A stretch of DNA of 32,000 bases from NCBI GenBank assembly GCA_016933055.1, contig JAFGBS010000001.1:240001-272000 (forward strand). Direction: 5' to 3'. The notes under the pieces were generated by a model. That model was not told the DNA's origin and did no database searches. It was given only the letters and a program-made list of their open reading frames with translations. Made by a program: the position numbers and the translations under genes. The stretch's first letter is position 1, and each line of letters opens with the position of its first letter. The stretch is from Promethearchaeota archaeon (lineage in GTDB: Archaea; Asgardarchaeota; Lokiarchaeia; Sigyniarchaeales; Promethearchaeaceae). Shown here in pieces: positions 31,524 through 32,000 of the stretch.

Positions 31524-32000
31524 ATTCCAATTATGATAGGTTGATTTTTTAATTATATCTAAGGGTATTTTTAAAATTCTACTCTTTTTTAACAGACTAT
31601 CGAATTCTAAAAATGGAATTAATTTAATAAAATATAATGATGCTAATGAATCAATATTAGATTGTTGCCAATTATATGCTTTATTCAACAGCAGTCAATT
31701 CATGAATTTTTCTAAATTGTCTGGAATTTCGTATTACAGTCTTAGAAACATCATTTAATAGTAATATACCAACACGATTAGAATATCAATATCCTCATTA
31801 GTTTTTTCCATAGTTTCCATGTAATCATAAATTTCTGAAACCTCTAGCTCGGTTTTATTTTTCACTAAATTAGAATACTTGTTGGTGTTATCGTGAAATG
31901 CCGATTTCACGTAAAACGAGAAATATAGGAGTAACATCTAGAAATGACACAGATGTGATGAAAACTATCAATTCTTCGGGTATTTTGGTAAAATAGACAC

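Overview
AT-rich archaeal-style window. The Asgard/Lokiarchaeia-like origin is inferred from gene content, TATA-like boxes and oligo-T terminators, and was not verified. The left part (1-10.2 kb) holds ordinary genes: the 3' end of a PflX-like radical SAM gene, a divergent MarR/NmrA pair, small Zn-finger proteins, a GNAT, a DegT-like PLP enzyme, TldD/PmbA, a CrtC/AttH-like protein and a cupin. The centre (10.5-18.1 kb) has two convergent two-gene cassettes. Each pairs a membrane-anchored surface protein with a signal peptide/ectodomain/TM/tandem winged-HTH protein whose ectodomain is a paralog of its own neighbour. Between the cassettes lie copies of a structured non-coding repeat family, a broken GH13 gene flanked by a perfect 16-bp inverted repeat, and a DUF5685-like protein with a 14-Cys tail. 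Two adjacent genes at 18.2-20.0 kb each carry an in-frame TAG. The right part has GrpB, an Lrp/AsnC regulator divergent from a split glutamate-synthase-like operon joined to EtfB and a ferredoxin-fused EtfA, a flavodoxin-like protein and a membrane protein. No rRNA, tRNA, CRISPR array or transposase gene was recognised. All family assignments come from motif recognition by eye, with no database searches.
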